Positions 14,203-24,321 of a stretch of DNA of 52,661 nt are shown here, piece by piece. The stretch is taken from IMG/VR virus record IMGVR_UViG_3300042541_000817, positions 1 to 52,661 of that record. One strand, 5' to 3'. This DNA is from a virus (lineage: Duplodnaviria; Caudoviricetes). A model generated the notes under the pieces. The model was given only the letters and a program-made list of their open reading frames with translations, did no database searches and was not told the origin of the DNA. The first letter of the stretch is position 1. Every line of letters starts with the position of its first letter. A program made the translations under genes and the position numbers.

Positions 14203-14963
14203 TCCTTTTCTTGGTCGTAAGTTACAGAGTACTCCCCTGTAAATATTTCGGCGTACGAAATGATATCTCTATTATACCGTATAACGGTTTCTATGCCAAC
14301 TTTGTCACATACATACTTAATACCCTTGACTAGTGGCTCAAACTTCATCCCCTGCCCTTCTAGGGCCTTATTTAAGGTATCCAGATATCTTTCCTTGCCA
14401 TAACGTTTTGACACAAATGCTTGATCAACATATTCAAACCTTGCATCCCTATCATTATCTTTTGCAATGTCCGAATTGTCCATTATATACCTTAATGCAG
14501 GATGATCCATCCTATCAGACCAGTTTCGCATGTTAGGCTCATATTTTTCCATATTGCGTAGTGTTGAATCAGCAAAGGCCATGCGTATTAGGTCTGTATT
14601 GGAGGTTTGAACCTCTGTTGCGAACGAAATCAAAAAAGCGGTTGCGAAAGGAAACTTGTCGCTATAAGTCGTTATGCCGAAATGTACATTCGGATTGAAA
14701 GACTCAGTTGACATACCGTCTTCTAATCGGCGCATATGATTTCCGAGAGATACAAACTCTTGTCGATTCATATCGCAGTCGACGAACAAGCATTGCTCTG
14801 GATCTATCCCGTCGGCGAGACACAAAATGTTTTTGTCATATGAACCCACTATTTTCGAACCGTTAAAACGCTCTATTAATTTTGCGGTCATAAAACCATC
14901 CATGTCGGGAGATATAATTAAATTTTGAGAATGCTCCAGTGTATCAAGTATGTCCGTTTTCAT
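14193..14963 (-). CDS. DHH-superfamily-like phosphoesterase
   Basis: N-terminal SPDMDG (DxDG), CLFVDCD, GNH and NPN resemble DHH motifs I-III. Confidence 0.55.
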   Translation of the reverse strand: MKTDILDTLEHSQNLIISPDMDGFMTAKLIERFNGSKIVGSYDKNILCLADGIDPEQCLFVDCDMNRQEFVSLGNHMRRLEDGMSTESFNPNVHFGITTYSDKFPFATAFLISFATEVQTSNTDLIRMAFADSTLRNMEKYEPNMRNWSDRMDHPALRYIMDNSDIAKDNDRDARFEYVDQAFVSKRYGKERYLDTLNKALEGQGMKFEPLVKGIKYVCDKVGIETVIRYNRDIISYAEIFTGEYSVTYDQEKEWV

Positions 14964-14997
14964 TTTTGTTAAATATACCCCTTATAATAATCTTATT

Positions 14998-15264
14998 ATG
15001 ACAGTACAAGACTGGGCTTCGCTAATCGTAGCCATCTTAACAATTGTATCATCAATCGCTTTTGGAATCAAGTGGCTAGTAAAACACTATCTAATCGAAC
15101 TTAAACCAAATTCTGGATCCAGTCTAAGAGATGCTGTCACAAGGCTAGAAATGGCTTTGGACGAACAAAGAGTTGACTCAATTAAATCCAGAAATCGTCA
15201 AGAAGAAAAGTTGGACGAGATGTATAAAATTTTAATTGATCATATCGCTAACACTAAAAAATAA
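14998..15264 (+). CDS. single-TM membrane protein (holin-like actinophage type)
   Basis: N-terminal TM helix, then LKPNSGSSLRDAVTRLE coiled coil; start moved to MTVQDW. Confidence 0.7.
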   Translation: MTVQDWASLIVAILTIVSSIAFGIKWLVKHYLIELKPNSGSSLRDAVTRLEMALDEQRVDSIKSRNRQEEKLDEMYKILIDHIANTKK

Positions 15265-15460
15265 TTTGCTATATACTATATATAATATATAAAGATAGTT
15301 TTTAAAACTATAAAGATATCTTTCTTTCTTATATATATTTAAGTATACACTATCGCAATCCTGGCATATAAGACAAACCTTGACAAATCGGACATTACCT
15401 ATTATAACAATTTGATAAACTTTTTATATCATGTCCGTTTTGTCCTTTATGGTATAATTT
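15265..15460. other. AT-rich non-coding region, candidate replication origin
   Basis: TATATA tracts, short inverted repeats, and GGACA/TGTCC 9-bp repeats in opposite orientation (15381-15394, 15432-15445). Confidence 0.35.
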
Positions 15461-15464
15461 TCTT

Positions 15465-15521
15465 GTTGGCTAATACCTTGGTTTGTCCTATACCCACCGA
15501 CCTTGGTATTAGTCAATTTTT
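15465..15521 (+). ncRNA. candidate ~55-nt hairpin small RNA
   Basis: TGGTATAAT at 15450-15458; stem GTTGGCTAATACC/GGTATTAGTCAAT then T-run; next gene has its own promoter. Confidence 0.45.
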
Positions 15522-15537
15522 ATGGTATAATCACAGT

Positions 15538-15933
15538 ATGCCTATTCACTCTTCTCTTGCTTTTGGTGCCGATCCAGTCACTATGCAGTGGAGCGTTGTT
15601 AGAGGAGATACTGGGACTCTAAGAGTAGAGTTCTATGAGGATAATGAAGTAGATTATTATGATACTACTGGGTGGATTTTTAGAGCAACTGCTTATGATC
15701 AATCTGGTAATGTTTTAGATGCCCTGGATTGTGAGCCTTCAGATGGTTTTGTAGATATTACAGCCCATCCTTCGGTTACAAAAAATTGGGGATCTAAATA
15801 TTCATCAATCGTGGCTCAACTACCATTTGATTTACAGGTAATAATTCCACAAAATATTGAAGACACTGTTTGGACTCCTGTTATTGGAACCATTCAAGTA
15901 TTAGGCGATGTTACCCCAGGAGGTACACTATAA
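15538..15933 (+). CDS. virion structural protein (BppU/Ig-like beta-sandwich)
   Basis: WSVVRGDT...FDLQV...VWT..GTI motif; start moved to the leaderless ATG after TGGTATAAT. Confidence 0.7.
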   Translation: MPIHSSLAFGADPVTMQWSVVRGDTGTLRVEFYEDNEVDYYDTTGWIFRATAYDQSGNVLDALDCEPSDGFVDITAHPSVTKNWGSKYSSIVAQLPFDLQVIIPQNIEDTVWTPVIGTIQVLGDVTPGGTL

Positions 15934-16538
15934 TGGCAGTTATTAAGATTGTTCCAATGCCAGGCGCAGTTGGAGACAAGGGAGACGAAGGAGCCGTAGG
16001 CCCTCAAGGTCCACAAGGACAAACAGGACAAACAGGACAAAACGGACAAGATGCACTATGGTCATATCAAGGTGCATACAACCCATCTGCTGCTTATGCA
16101 GTTGGAGATGTCGTAGTTTATCAAGGACAACTTTATTATACAAAGTCAGTAACAACTGCTGGAACACTTCCAACAGATACTGCAAAGTTTGATTTAATTG
16201 CATCAAAGGGTGCAGATGGACAACCAGGAACTGATGGTGCCCCAGGTGCAGATGGTTCAACTCCATTTACTTTGGTAGGTGCATATGACAATGGTGCATC
16301 TTACAATTTAGGAATTGCTGTTTATTATAATGGCGGTACATATGTAAGAACTGGTAATCCACTTAATCCTGGATACCCTCCAGAAGTAGGTGCTATCAAT
16401 GCTTCATGGACACCTATTGCAGAAAAAGGCGCAGATGCTGAATTGCCAACGGGAGCAACAGGAACATTCCAAACCTCAGACAGTAAAATAGTTTCAGTAG
16501 TCAACGGAATCATTACATCTATAGAGCCACTGACTTAA
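15933..16538 (+). CDS. collagen-like fibre protein with two CBM5/12-like carbohydrate-binding modules
   Basis: Gly-X-Y runs; AYNPSAAYAVGDVVVYQGQLY and AYDNGASYNLGIAVYYNGGTY. Confidence 0.75.
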   Translation: MAVIKIVPMPGAVGDKGDEGAVGPQGPQGQTGQTGQNGQDALWSYQGAYNPSAAYAVGDVVVYQGQLYYTKSVTTAGTLPTDTAKFDLIASKGADGQPGTDGAPGADGSTPFTLVGAYDNGASYNLGIAVYYNGGTYVRTGNPLNPGYPPEVGAINASWTPIAEKGADAELPTGATGTFQTSDSKIVSVVNGIITSIEPLT

Positions 16539-16558
16539 TATAGTGAGATAATAACTCC

Positions 16559-17296
16559 ATGGCTGTTTCTAAATCTATGGACTTTCCAGGTGCAAAAAAA
16601 TCATCTTATGCTGCACAAGTAGTTAGCCAAACCTCTCAAGTTACAGAAACACAGTTATACCCAGATTCTGCATTAAACTTTGTTCCAGTCCCTGGACCAC
16701 AAGGCCCACCTGGGCCAGCAGGAAGAGATGGAGAAAGAGGCGAACAAGGTTCCACGGGAAACATTGGACCCAAAGGCGAAAGAGGCCTGCCAGGCAAAGA
16801 TGGAGAAAGTTCTTTATCGGCATCTGGACAGCAGGCAGGTTGGGCATCATATACAAACAACGCAACCAAGCCTATAAAATTAGGAATTACCCAAGGTGAT
16901 GATGGATGGGTCACTATTTGGCTTGACACTAAAGATAAAACCCAGAATGAAAAATATATGCCAAAAGGCTGTACCAGTCTTTGGAACAGCCATCAACGAA
17001 TGCTAAACTTTCACGGTATAAAAGAAGGGTCCCAAGTATTCGTAACATACAACTTCGAACTAACCACCTATACACCTAATACTGAGGTTTGGCTAAGGAC
17101 ATATTTTGCAAGCAAGGATCAGGAGTTTGTCCAGTTTGTTGGATCTTTAAAATATCAGAATGTTTATAATCTTTCTGCTACCCAGCAATTTTTTATAGAA
17201 GATTCTGTCATGTGGGGCAATGGTGCTATACCACAGATTAGAACAGACTTTGATGCATCAGTAATACTCAATTCTATCTACGTCAGCGTGGTATAA
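16559..17296 (+). CDS. collagen-like minor tail protein
   Basis: Gly-X-Y stretch GPQGPPGPAGRDGERG... Confidence 0.75.
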   Translation: MAVSKSMDFPGAKKSSYAAQVVSQTSQVTETQLYPDSALNFVPVPGPQGPPGPAGRDGERGEQGSTGNIGPKGERGLPGKDGESSLSASGQQAGWASYTNNATKPIKLGITQGDDGWVTIWLDTKDKTQNEKYMPKGCTSLWNSHQRMLNFHGIKEGSQVFVTYNFELTTYTPNTEVWLRTYFASKDQEFVQFVGSLKYQNVYNLSATQQFFIEDSVMWGNGAIPQIRTDFDASVILNSIYVSVV

Positions 17297-17303
17297 TAAA
17301 ACC

Positions 17304-17756
17304 ATGGCATTTCCAGCGACCTATGACTTTAACTACTATAAGGGTGATACTTTTGAATTTCGTATCTACCCGAAAAAGAACGATGGAACGGTTTTTGATT
17401 TAAGTACTTTTTATATTCCAACAAACTATGCCAACACTCCAGATGATGTAACAGATACTGTTGCTCCATATGATAGTGCTCAGTTTACTATTGCAAATGT
17501 TCGTGGTTCAGCAGGAGTCCCAATTAAATGTTTTGCTAGGGTATCAGATGACAATACTTTTGTCCAGTGTGCAATTAGACCAGCAGAAGGAAATCAATTA
17601 GTTGCTGGAACAGAATATGTGTATGACGTTGAAGTTAAAAAGCCAGCAGGTTCTGCAGGTAGCGGACAATATGAAATTGTTCAAACCTTGTTAACTGGAA
17701 CAATAACAATTACAGATCAGGTTACAGGCGCTACGTCTGCAACTTCAGGTGCTTAA
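17304..17756 (+). CDS. virion structural protein (BppU-like)
   Basis: YKGDTFEF...YVYDVEV...LLTGTITI motif. Confidence 0.7.
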   Translation: MAFPATYDFNYYKGDTFEFRIYPKKNDGTVFDLSTFYIPTNYANTPDDVTDTVAPYDSAQFTIANVRGSAGVPIKCFARVSDDNTFVQCAIRPAEGNQLVAGTEYVYDVEVKKPAGSAGSGQYEIVQTLLTGTITITDQVTGATSATSGA

Positions 17757-18337
17757 TGGCAGACATCCTATTATCTACCGACGACTTAACAATTTTTGGG
17801 GGACCAGAAAACATAAGCCTTGACCTAGACATAGGACCACAGGGTGATCGTGGAAGTATAATCATTGGTGTTCTTGGAGATCCAAGAGATACAGGTGTTG
17901 CATCTACTATTGTTCAAGATACCCAGGCTCTTGACATTGCTATAGACTATAACCCTTATTCGACAACTTATAAGACAGTTTTTCAAAAAGTTTCTACTGG
18001 AGGAGCATTACAGTGGACCCCTCTACTTACTTTAAAAACAAATTATTATTCATCTGTTAAAGATGTAACGGCTGTAAATGGAATTCTTACAATACCGCCA
18101 ATTAATTTGACAGACATTGCAGACGAGATAAACCTTACATCTGCAAACTTTAGTATTCAATATTCTATTTCATCACCAACAGGAGGACCTGCTTCAACAA
18201 GCCTTGTAGTCAGTGATGTAATAGATAGTCCAATTAGAGCACTACCACTTCAAATAAAGGGTGTAGAATATATTGATAACACTTGGCAGCCAATGGCTGG
18301 TCCAAAGCGTGTTCATTTATTTATTACGGTGGTATAA
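17756..18337 (+). CDS. virion structural protein
   Basis: ORF track; GPQGDRGS remnant collagen motif. Confidence 0.7.
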   Translation: MADILLSTDDLTIFGGPENISLDLDIGPQGDRGSIIIGVLGDPRDTGVASTIVQDTQALDIAIDYNPYSTTYKTVFQKVSTGGALQWTPLLTLKTNYYSSVKDVTAVNGILTIPPINLTDIADEINLTSANFSIQYSISSPTGGPASTSLVVSDVIDSPIRALPLQIKGVEYIDNTWQPMAGPKRVHLFITVV

Positions 18338-18356
18338 TGGCAAGAGGTGATTTATA

Positions 18357-20399
18357 GTGGCAGAAGAGAATATTGACAACACCGTTAGTGGTAGCGGACT
18401 CTTCAATACCAAAATCCCTGGACTTTCAGACGCAGCCGATATTCAGGCAGCCCTAAGACTTTATCACTATGGATCTTATACTTATGATGGCGCCAACACA
18501 GATACTGGGCTTCTTTTAAATCCATCAATTGCAAAACACCTTCAAAACCTTGTAGATGCAGATACAGCCACTAATACATCACTAACAAACCACATATCAA
18601 ATACCGAAAATGTCCACGGTATTGAGGATACAGCAGATTTAGCAACACAATCATTTGTCAATACAGCAATTACTAATGCTATAAGTGGTGCTACTGGAGG
18701 ATACCCAGCCCTAGCAGGAGACGGTATTGATTGGAATTCTGTTGATTTACGATTTGATCTTGAACCACAACTATTAAATAATAATACTGTAATAACTAAG
18801 TCATCTGGATTTACTTTAGATCCCGTCGATGTTAATAAAACTATTTTGCTTTCTACATCATCTCCAATGAATTTAACTATCCCACTAAACTCTTCTGTTA
18901 ATATTCCTGTTGGATATAAGTACACTTTAGTTGAAATAGGATCTGGTAAAACAACTTTTGTTCCAGCATCAGGTGTAACAATTAACAGCAAAAACTCACA
19001 ACTATTTATTGATACACAGTATGGTCAGGCAACATTGGTAAAGGTTGATACAAATAGTTGGGTTGCTTATGGAGATATTTATGAAGGTGCTTCAAGCCCA
19101 ACACCTGTAGCACCTACACCAGTTGCTCCTACTCCTGTAGCCCCTACTCCTACGCCTACTCCTGTAGCGCCTACTCCTGTAGCACCTACACCAGTTGCTC
19201 CTACTCCTGTAGCACCTACACCAGTTGCTCCTACTCCTGTAGCACCTACACCAGTAGCGCCTACTCCAGTAGCGCCTACTCCAGTAGCGCCTACTCCAGT
19301 AGCGCCTACTCCAGTAGCGCCTACTCCAGTAGCACCTACTCCAGTTGCTCCTACTCCTGTAGCACCTACACCAGTAGCGCCTACTCCAGTAGCACCTAAT
19401 AATTTTGCTTATGCAACATTCTGTACTGATTCAGGACCAGACCAAGCAGGAGAAGGTCTCAACTTTACAGATTGTGGAAGTTTAGAAGCCTTTATTAATG
19501 GAAACTTTGTTGGTGTAAATAGTCTTGTATGTCAGATAGGTTCTTACCCAGCACTTCCTACAAATTGCGGGGAAACTTCAGGAATTTGGTATACATTCTG
19601 TGGTAACGTATCAGCAGGATATAATCCAGGAACTGTTATCGGACCAATATTTGATTCATCACAAACATGTTCTCAAGCACTAGCAGAACAAACATCATAT
19701 GGAGAAATTGGGTCAGGCTGGAACTGTGCAACTGGAACTTCTGGATCTTCTTCTGTACCAGCAGCAAATTGTGGAGCCACTCCTACTCCTGTAGCGCCTA
19801 CACCAGTTGCTCCAACACCAGTAGCACCTACTCCAGTAGCACCAACACCAGTTGCTCCAACACCAGTTGCTCCAACACCAGTTGCACCTACTCCTGTAGC
19901 GCCTACTCCAGTAGCACCAAGTTGTGTTCCAGCCGATGCATGGTCATACAACCAGTCTAAGTGTCAGTCATGCGGATATTACTTCAGCACAGAATTTGGA
20001 GAGTGCTCAACAACTCCTTGGAACACGCCAACACCAGTTGCTCCAACACCAGTTGCTCCAACACCAGTTGCTCCAACACCAGTTGCACCTACTCCTGTAG
20101 CGCCTACTCCTGTAGCACCTACTCCTGTAGCGCCTACTCCTGTAGCACCTACACCAGTTGCTCCAACACCAGTAGCACCTACTCCAGTAGCACCTACACC
20201 TGTAGCCCCTACGCCAGTAGCACCTACACCAGTTGCTCCAACACCAGTAGCACCTACACCTGTAGCAGCAACAGGAGTTCAGTGCACAGCCTTTGACATA
20301 AGTATTGGTGCATGCACTGGTGGAGGTTGCGATAATAGTGGCTGTGCTTCAGGTGGATCATGTAGTAATCCACAAAATTTTGCGGGATCAGGATGCTAA
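18357..20399 (+). CDS. tail fibre-like protein with three (PTPVA)n mucin/extensin-like blocks and Cys-rich domains
   Basis: N-half shares HGIxDT, GIDWNSVD and LTIPLNSS..WVxYGD with 29641-31191; 19+9+16 PTPVA units. Confidence 0.85.
   Translation: MAEENIDNTVSGSGLFNTKIPGLSDAADIQAALRLYHYGSYTYDGANTDTGLLLNPSIAKHLQNLVDADTATNTSLTNHISNTENVHGIEDTADLATQSFVNTAITNAISGATGGYPALAGDGIDWNSVDLRFDLEPQLLNNNTVITKSSGFTLDPVDVNKTILLSTSSPMNLTIPLNSSVNIPVGYKYTLVEIGSGKTTFVPASGVTINSKNSQLFIDTQYGQATLVKVDTNSWVAYGDIYEGASSPTPVAPTPVAPTPVAPTPTPTPVAPTPVAPTPVAPTPVAPTPVAPTPVAPTPVAPTPVAPTPVAPTPVAPTPVAPTPVAPTPVAPTPVAPTPVAPTPVAPNNFAYATFCTDSGPDQAGEGLNFTDCGSLEAFINGNFVGVNSLVCQIGSYPALPTNCGETSGIWYTFCGNVSAGYNPGTVIGPIFDSSQTCSQALAEQTSYGEIGSGWNCATGTSGSSSVPAANCGATPTPVAPTPVAPTPVAPTPVAPTPVAPTPVAPTPVAPTPVAPTPVAPSCVPADAWSYNQSKCQSCGYYFSTEFGECSTTPWNTPTPVAPTPVAPTPVAPTPVAPTPVAPTPVAPTPVAPTPVAPTPVAPTPVAPTPVAPTPVAPTPVAPTPVAPTPVAPTPVAATGVQCTAFDISIGACTGGGCDNSGCASGGSCSNPQNFAGSGC
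19098..20267 (+). repeat. 15-bp coding tandem repeats (PTPVA) in three blocks
   Basis: 19098-19397, 19782-19916 and 20028-20267; synonymous codon variation among units. Confidence 0.95.
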
Positions 20400-20417
20400 T
20401 AAAATGAAGGAGACAAT

Positions 20418-20828
20418 ATGTTAACAGACTCAAGTATTCTATATTCTAGTTACGAAAATGGACCAGGAGGAGTTCCTTTAGTCTGGGTTATAGATGGTCA
20501 GTGTGTATATGATATTCCCACCTCAAATGAGCATGCAGAAATGTTTGTGTTGAGTGATGAAGTTTTGGATATTTCTGAAGATTATCCAGACCATGAAGGC
20601 ATTACCGTTAGATTTGTTAAAGATGGAGAAACGGTTAATGAACTTCAAACATCTGAGTATTTTGGAAGCATACTTCTTAGCAACCCACAGGTCTTAAGTC
20701 TTTTTGACTACCCTTATGGAAGATACGTAGTATCTCCAAATGCTACATTTGATGGAGAAAAATTTATTATTTTGGGCAGAGATACTTCGTTGCTTATGCC
20801 GTGGCATCCAAGTCAAAATAAAGACTAA
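20418..20828 (+). CDS. fibre-associated accessory protein (xFDGxxF motif)
   Basis: ORF track; RBS AAGGAG; same position and motif as 32132-32578. Confidence 0.7.
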   Translation: MLTDSSILYSSYENGPGGVPLVWVIDGQCVYDIPTSNEHAEMFVLSDEVLDISEDYPDHEGITVRFVKDGETVNELQTSEYFGSILLSNPQVLSLFDYPYGRYVVSPNATFDGEKFIILGRDTSLLMPWHPSQNKD

Positions 20829-20874
20829 TAACTTTTAGTGTATAATAGTTTTATAACGACTAAAGGGGACAATA

Positions 20875-21105
20875 ATGTCAAAATCAAAATGGCAAGAATA
20901 TAAAGAAAAAAATGGAGTTACTCCATTAGACATACTTAATCCAAACACAAAACATGCCTCTGAAGATTTGGCAACCACAAGACTATCTATTTGTAAAGTA
21001 TGTCCAGAATTAATTAAATTAACCACACAATGCAAAAAGTGTGGCTGCTTTATGGCTGCAAAAACAAAATTAGAAGCGGCAAAGTGTCCAATTGGAAAAT
21101 GGTAA
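20875..21105 (+). CDS. DUF6171-like Cys-rich protein
   Basis: RLSICKVC..QCKKCGCFMAAK..AKCPIGKW. Confidence 0.7.
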   Translation: MSKSKWQEYKEKNGVTPLDILNPNTKHASEDLATTRLSICKVCPELIKLTTQCKKCGCFMAAKTKLEAAKCPIGKW

Positions 21106-21106
21106 A

Positions 21107-21709
21107 ATGGAAAAAAACGAATTATGCCCTGGAATTTTTGTTTATAGTAATGTTATAGAAAATTTTATTTTTGATTCTTTGATTGAAGATATTGAAGAAG
21201 GGATGAAATATCTCAATATACAGTGGCAACAGTCTCAGGTAGAACACAAAGAAGGCGTAACAGTTGACACTAATTCAAGAGATACACAAATTATTGGTGT
21301 AGAATATCGAGATCATATTGTTGAAAATTTTTCAACACCACACGAAGCGTTTTACTTAAATCTTTCAAATATATTTTTTAAAGCGTTTAATCCAAGAGAA
21401 CATGATTACAAGTCTATGTTTGGCTGCCAGACTACTTGGCACGATCAGTACGGAATTTTAAAATACGGTGTTGGTCAAAAATTTACTAATCATATAGATG
21501 ATCACATAAATCATCATAGAAGAATTTCTACAACGTTTTATTTAAATGAAAATTATGAAGGTGGAGAAATTATTTTCCCTAGGTTTAATGTAAAATATAA
21601 ACCGAAAAAAAATGAATTATTAGTTTTTCCTTCTACGTTTGTTTATAATCATTCAGTATCTCCAGTTCTTGAAGGAGAAAGATACGCAGTTGTTAGTTGG
21701 ATGCGATGA
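21107..21709 (+). CDS. prolyl 4-hydroxylase-like 2OG-Fe(II) oxygenase
   Basis: KYGVGQKFTNHID, YLNENYEGGE, HSVSPV..GERY. Confidence 0.88.
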   Translation: MEKNELCPGIFVYSNVIENFIFDSLIEDIEEGMKYLNIQWQQSQVEHKEGVTVDTNSRDTQIIGVEYRDHIVENFSTPHEAFYLNLSNIFFKAFNPREHDYKSMFGCQTTWHDQYGILKYGVGQKFTNHIDDHINHHRRISTTFYLNENYEGGEIIFPRFNVKYKPKKNELLVFPSTFVYNHSVSPVLEGERYAVVSWMR

Positions 21710-22278
21710 AAGAGCCACAACTAGTTGATAAGATTTTAAGCAAAGAAGATTATGACAGGCTAAAGGATGCTTTGGTAAATCCTAAGAGTTTTGGGTTTGA
21801 TCCTGGCTTTAGTAGATATTGTATTGGGGATGGTGGACTTCCGATTCTAAAAGAATTAGCAGACAAACTGGTTCCTATTGCAAGAGAAGCCTTTGATAGC
21901 GAAAGATTATTACCTACATATACATTATTTGCTCATTATGAGGGGCAAAATCCAGAACCAAGTTTGTACAAACACAAAGACGACAACGCATGCACCTACA
22001 CTCTTGATATGTGTGTTTATCAGGTAGAGCCATGGGATATTTACGTTGATGACAAGGCCTATACTCTTTATCCAAATCAAGCCTTGGCATACTATGGAAA
22101 CGATCAGTTCCATTGGAGAGAAAAGTTTCCAAATCCCGAAACAAATCATGTTGCAATGATTTTCTTTCATTTTGCAGAACCAGATCACTGGTGGTTTGTC
22201 AAGGGTCCAGAATATTTGCAGGTAGTAAGAAAACAAATTACAGAAGAACAATGGAGACTCCAGTATGAAAACAAATAA
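21706..22278 (+). CDS. 2OG-Fe(II) oxygenase (phage type)
   Basis: LYKHKD (HxD), distal HWRE, FFHF. Confidence 0.75.
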   Translation: MKEPQLVDKILSKEDYDRLKDALVNPKSFGFDPGFSRYCIGDGGLPILKELADKLVPIAREAFDSERLLPTYTLFAHYEGQNPEPSLYKHKDDNACTYTLDMCVYQVEPWDIYVDDKAYTLYPNQALAYYGNDQFHWREKFPNPETNHVAMIFFHFAEPDHWWFVKGPEYLQVVRKQITEEQWRLQYENK

Positions 22279-23302
22279 GATATTTTTTCAACACTGGAAT
22301 CCTTGCGGGTTAATAAATCAAGTAATGAGTCTAGAGTTAGCAATAGGTATTTCACATGAAACAAATGCAACTGTTGTAGTTCATAATGCAAGCAACAAGG
22401 GTGATCATTTATTTGATTTTAGGACTGTTCCAATTCACACTCCTTCAAGATTTCATAACATTCAAAGAAAAGGATTTACAAATCCAGACCAGTTTCCACA
22501 TCTATTAGATTTATTAGACTTTGATTCAAATTTAATTGTAATTGATCAAAAAATAGACAACTTTAAGCAAGAAGAATTAATAGTAGACGATATGTTAAAT
22601 AACTACTACTACAGTAATAGCCCAGAAATAACAGAAGATGAACTGGCATTCGCTGAAGGTAGACAAAGATTGCCACTAGATAGACCAATACATCTAAAAG
22701 GAACATTAGGATGGTACTCAAGATTCTTCTATAACAGAAGCCCTGAACTAGACAAGGCATTATCTTTAGTTAGGTTTAAGAAAGAGTACACAGACTTGGC
22801 CAAAAAGATATCTAATTCTTTAGGCAGATTTCAAGGTATGCATTTAAGACTAACTGACCATGTGCACATGTTTGAAACTACTCAAGAAATGTTTGAGTCT
22901 TGGATTAATAACTTTGAGAAAAATAACTTGCCAATAGTTTTGTCAACAGATGAACCAGGGCATAAAATGGTTGAAGATAATAAGCATAGATTTATGCTAT
23001 TAGATGAATACATTGTTAATAACTTTGCAGAAGACTTCAAATCCTTACAATTTCAGGATGAAGTAGTTTTTGGTTTAATCTGTAATCTAGTTATGCATGA
23101 TTCAGAAACTTTTGTTGGTACATCAGGAAGCACCTATACTGCATATATCCATAGAAATAGAAATCAAACTGGTATTGAAACTTGGAATTTCTTTGATAAT
23201 CCAGAAACAACAGAAGGTCACCCATATTCTTGGAATGGTTATCCACTAAACCCTGGCAGAAAAATGTGGTGGAGAGAATGGAAGGAGTCTAGATTAACAT
23301 GA
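22265..23302 (+). CDS. O-fucosyltransferase-like glycosyltransferase (GT-B)
   Basis: GLINQ, GMHLRLTD, LSTDE, FVGTSGSTYT motifs of POFUT/FUT-type enzymes. Confidence 0.8.
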   Translation: MKTNKIFFQHWNPCGLINQVMSLELAIGISHETNATVVVHNASNKGDHLFDFRTVPIHTPSRFHNIQRKGFTNPDQFPHLLDLLDFDSNLIVIDQKIDNFKQEELIVDDMLNNYYYSNSPEITEDELAFAEGRQRLPLDRPIHLKGTLGWYSRFFYNRSPELDKALSLVRFKKEYTDLAKKISNSLGRFQGMHLRLTDHVHMFETTQEMFESWINNFEKNNLPIVLSTDEPGHKMVEDNKHRFMLLDEYIVNNFAEDFKSLQFQDEVVFGLICNLVMHDSETFVGTSGSTYTAYIHRNRNQTGIETWNFFDNPETTEGHPYSWNGYPLNPGRKMWWREWKESRLT

Positions 23303-24321
23303 AAACAGCATTAGTGCTTGGAGCAGGGGGCTTCATTGGAAGTCATATGGTAAAGCGTTTAAAGTCTGAAGGATATTGGGTTAGAGGTGTTGACTTAAAG
23401 AATCCAGATTTTTCAGATACTTATGCTGACGAGTTTATAGAAAGAGATCTATCTCTATATGATAATATGGAAAAAGTGATTCAGTTTAAAGGATATTCTG
23501 GTAACTTTTATAATGAAATTCCTTATAAGTTAATAGCATCCTTTGATGAAATATATCAGTTTGCAGCAGATATGGGCGGAGCAGGATATATTTTTACTGG
23601 AAATAATGATTCTCAAATTATGGAAAACTCTGCACTTATAAACCTTAATCTTTTAAGAGCACAATCAAGATTTAATGAAAAATATGCAATTAATAAAACC
23701 AAGATATTTTATTCAAGTTCTGCCTGCATGTATCCTGACTACAAACAGTTAGATGTTAATAATCCTGGACTTAAAGAGTCTGATGCATACCCTGCAGATC
23801 CTGACAGCGAGTATGGCTGGGAGAAACTATTTAGTGAGAGAATGTTCTTAGCATTTAATAGAAACAACAAGATCCCTGTAGCCATTGCCAGATATCATAA
23901 TATTTATGGACCAGAAGGAACTTGGGATGGTGGAAAAGAAAAAGCACCAGCAGCAATATGTAGAAAAGTTATTCAGTCAGATGGATTTATAGAAATTTGG
24001 GGGGATGGAGAACAAACCCGTTCATTCCTATATATAGATGAATGCATAGAGGCAACAAGAAGACTGATGGAATCAGATTTTACTGGGCCTGTTAATATTG
24101 GTTCTGAGGAAATGGTTACCATTAATCAACTTGTAGATATTGCTTGTAGTATTGAAGGAAAAACTTTAAGCAAGATGCATATCCCAGGTCCTTTGGGTGT
24201 TAGAGGAAGAAACTCCAATAATGACTTAGTTAGAGATAAGTTAGATTGGGACTATTCCATGTCTCTTAAAGATGGAATAGAAAAAACTTATAACTGGATC
24301 AAGGATCAAATAAATGGATAA
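23299..24321 (+). CDS. GDP-mannose 3,5-epimerase-like NAD-dependent epimerase
   Basis: GAGGFIG, AADMGGAGYI, YSSSACMYP, YGWEK, GGKEKAPAAICRK, GVRGRNSNN; includes the GME catalytic Cys/Lys motifs. Confidence 0.88.
   Translation: MKTALVLGAGGFIGSHMVKRLKSEGYWVRGVDLKNPDFSDTYADEFIERDLSLYDNMEKVIQFKGYSGNFYNEIPYKLIASFDEIYQFAADMGGAGYIFTGNNDSQIMENSALINLNLLRAQSRFNEKYAINKTKIFYSSSACMYPDYKQLDVNNPGLKESDAYPADPDSEYGWEKLFSERMFLAFNRNNKIPVAIARYHNIYGPEGTWDGGKEKAPAAICRKVIQSDGFIEIWGDGEQTRSFLYIDECIEATRRLMESDFTGPVNIGSEEMVTINQLVDIACSIEGKTLSKMHIPGPLGVRGRNSNNDLVRDKLDWDYSMSLKDGIEKTYNWIKDQING

Noticed and set aside
19667-20296. Overlapping or antisense ORFs over PTPVA blocks (GATGV and SCSNT repeats)
   Set aside because: Shadow frames of the 15-bp coding repeat; no RBS or promoter.
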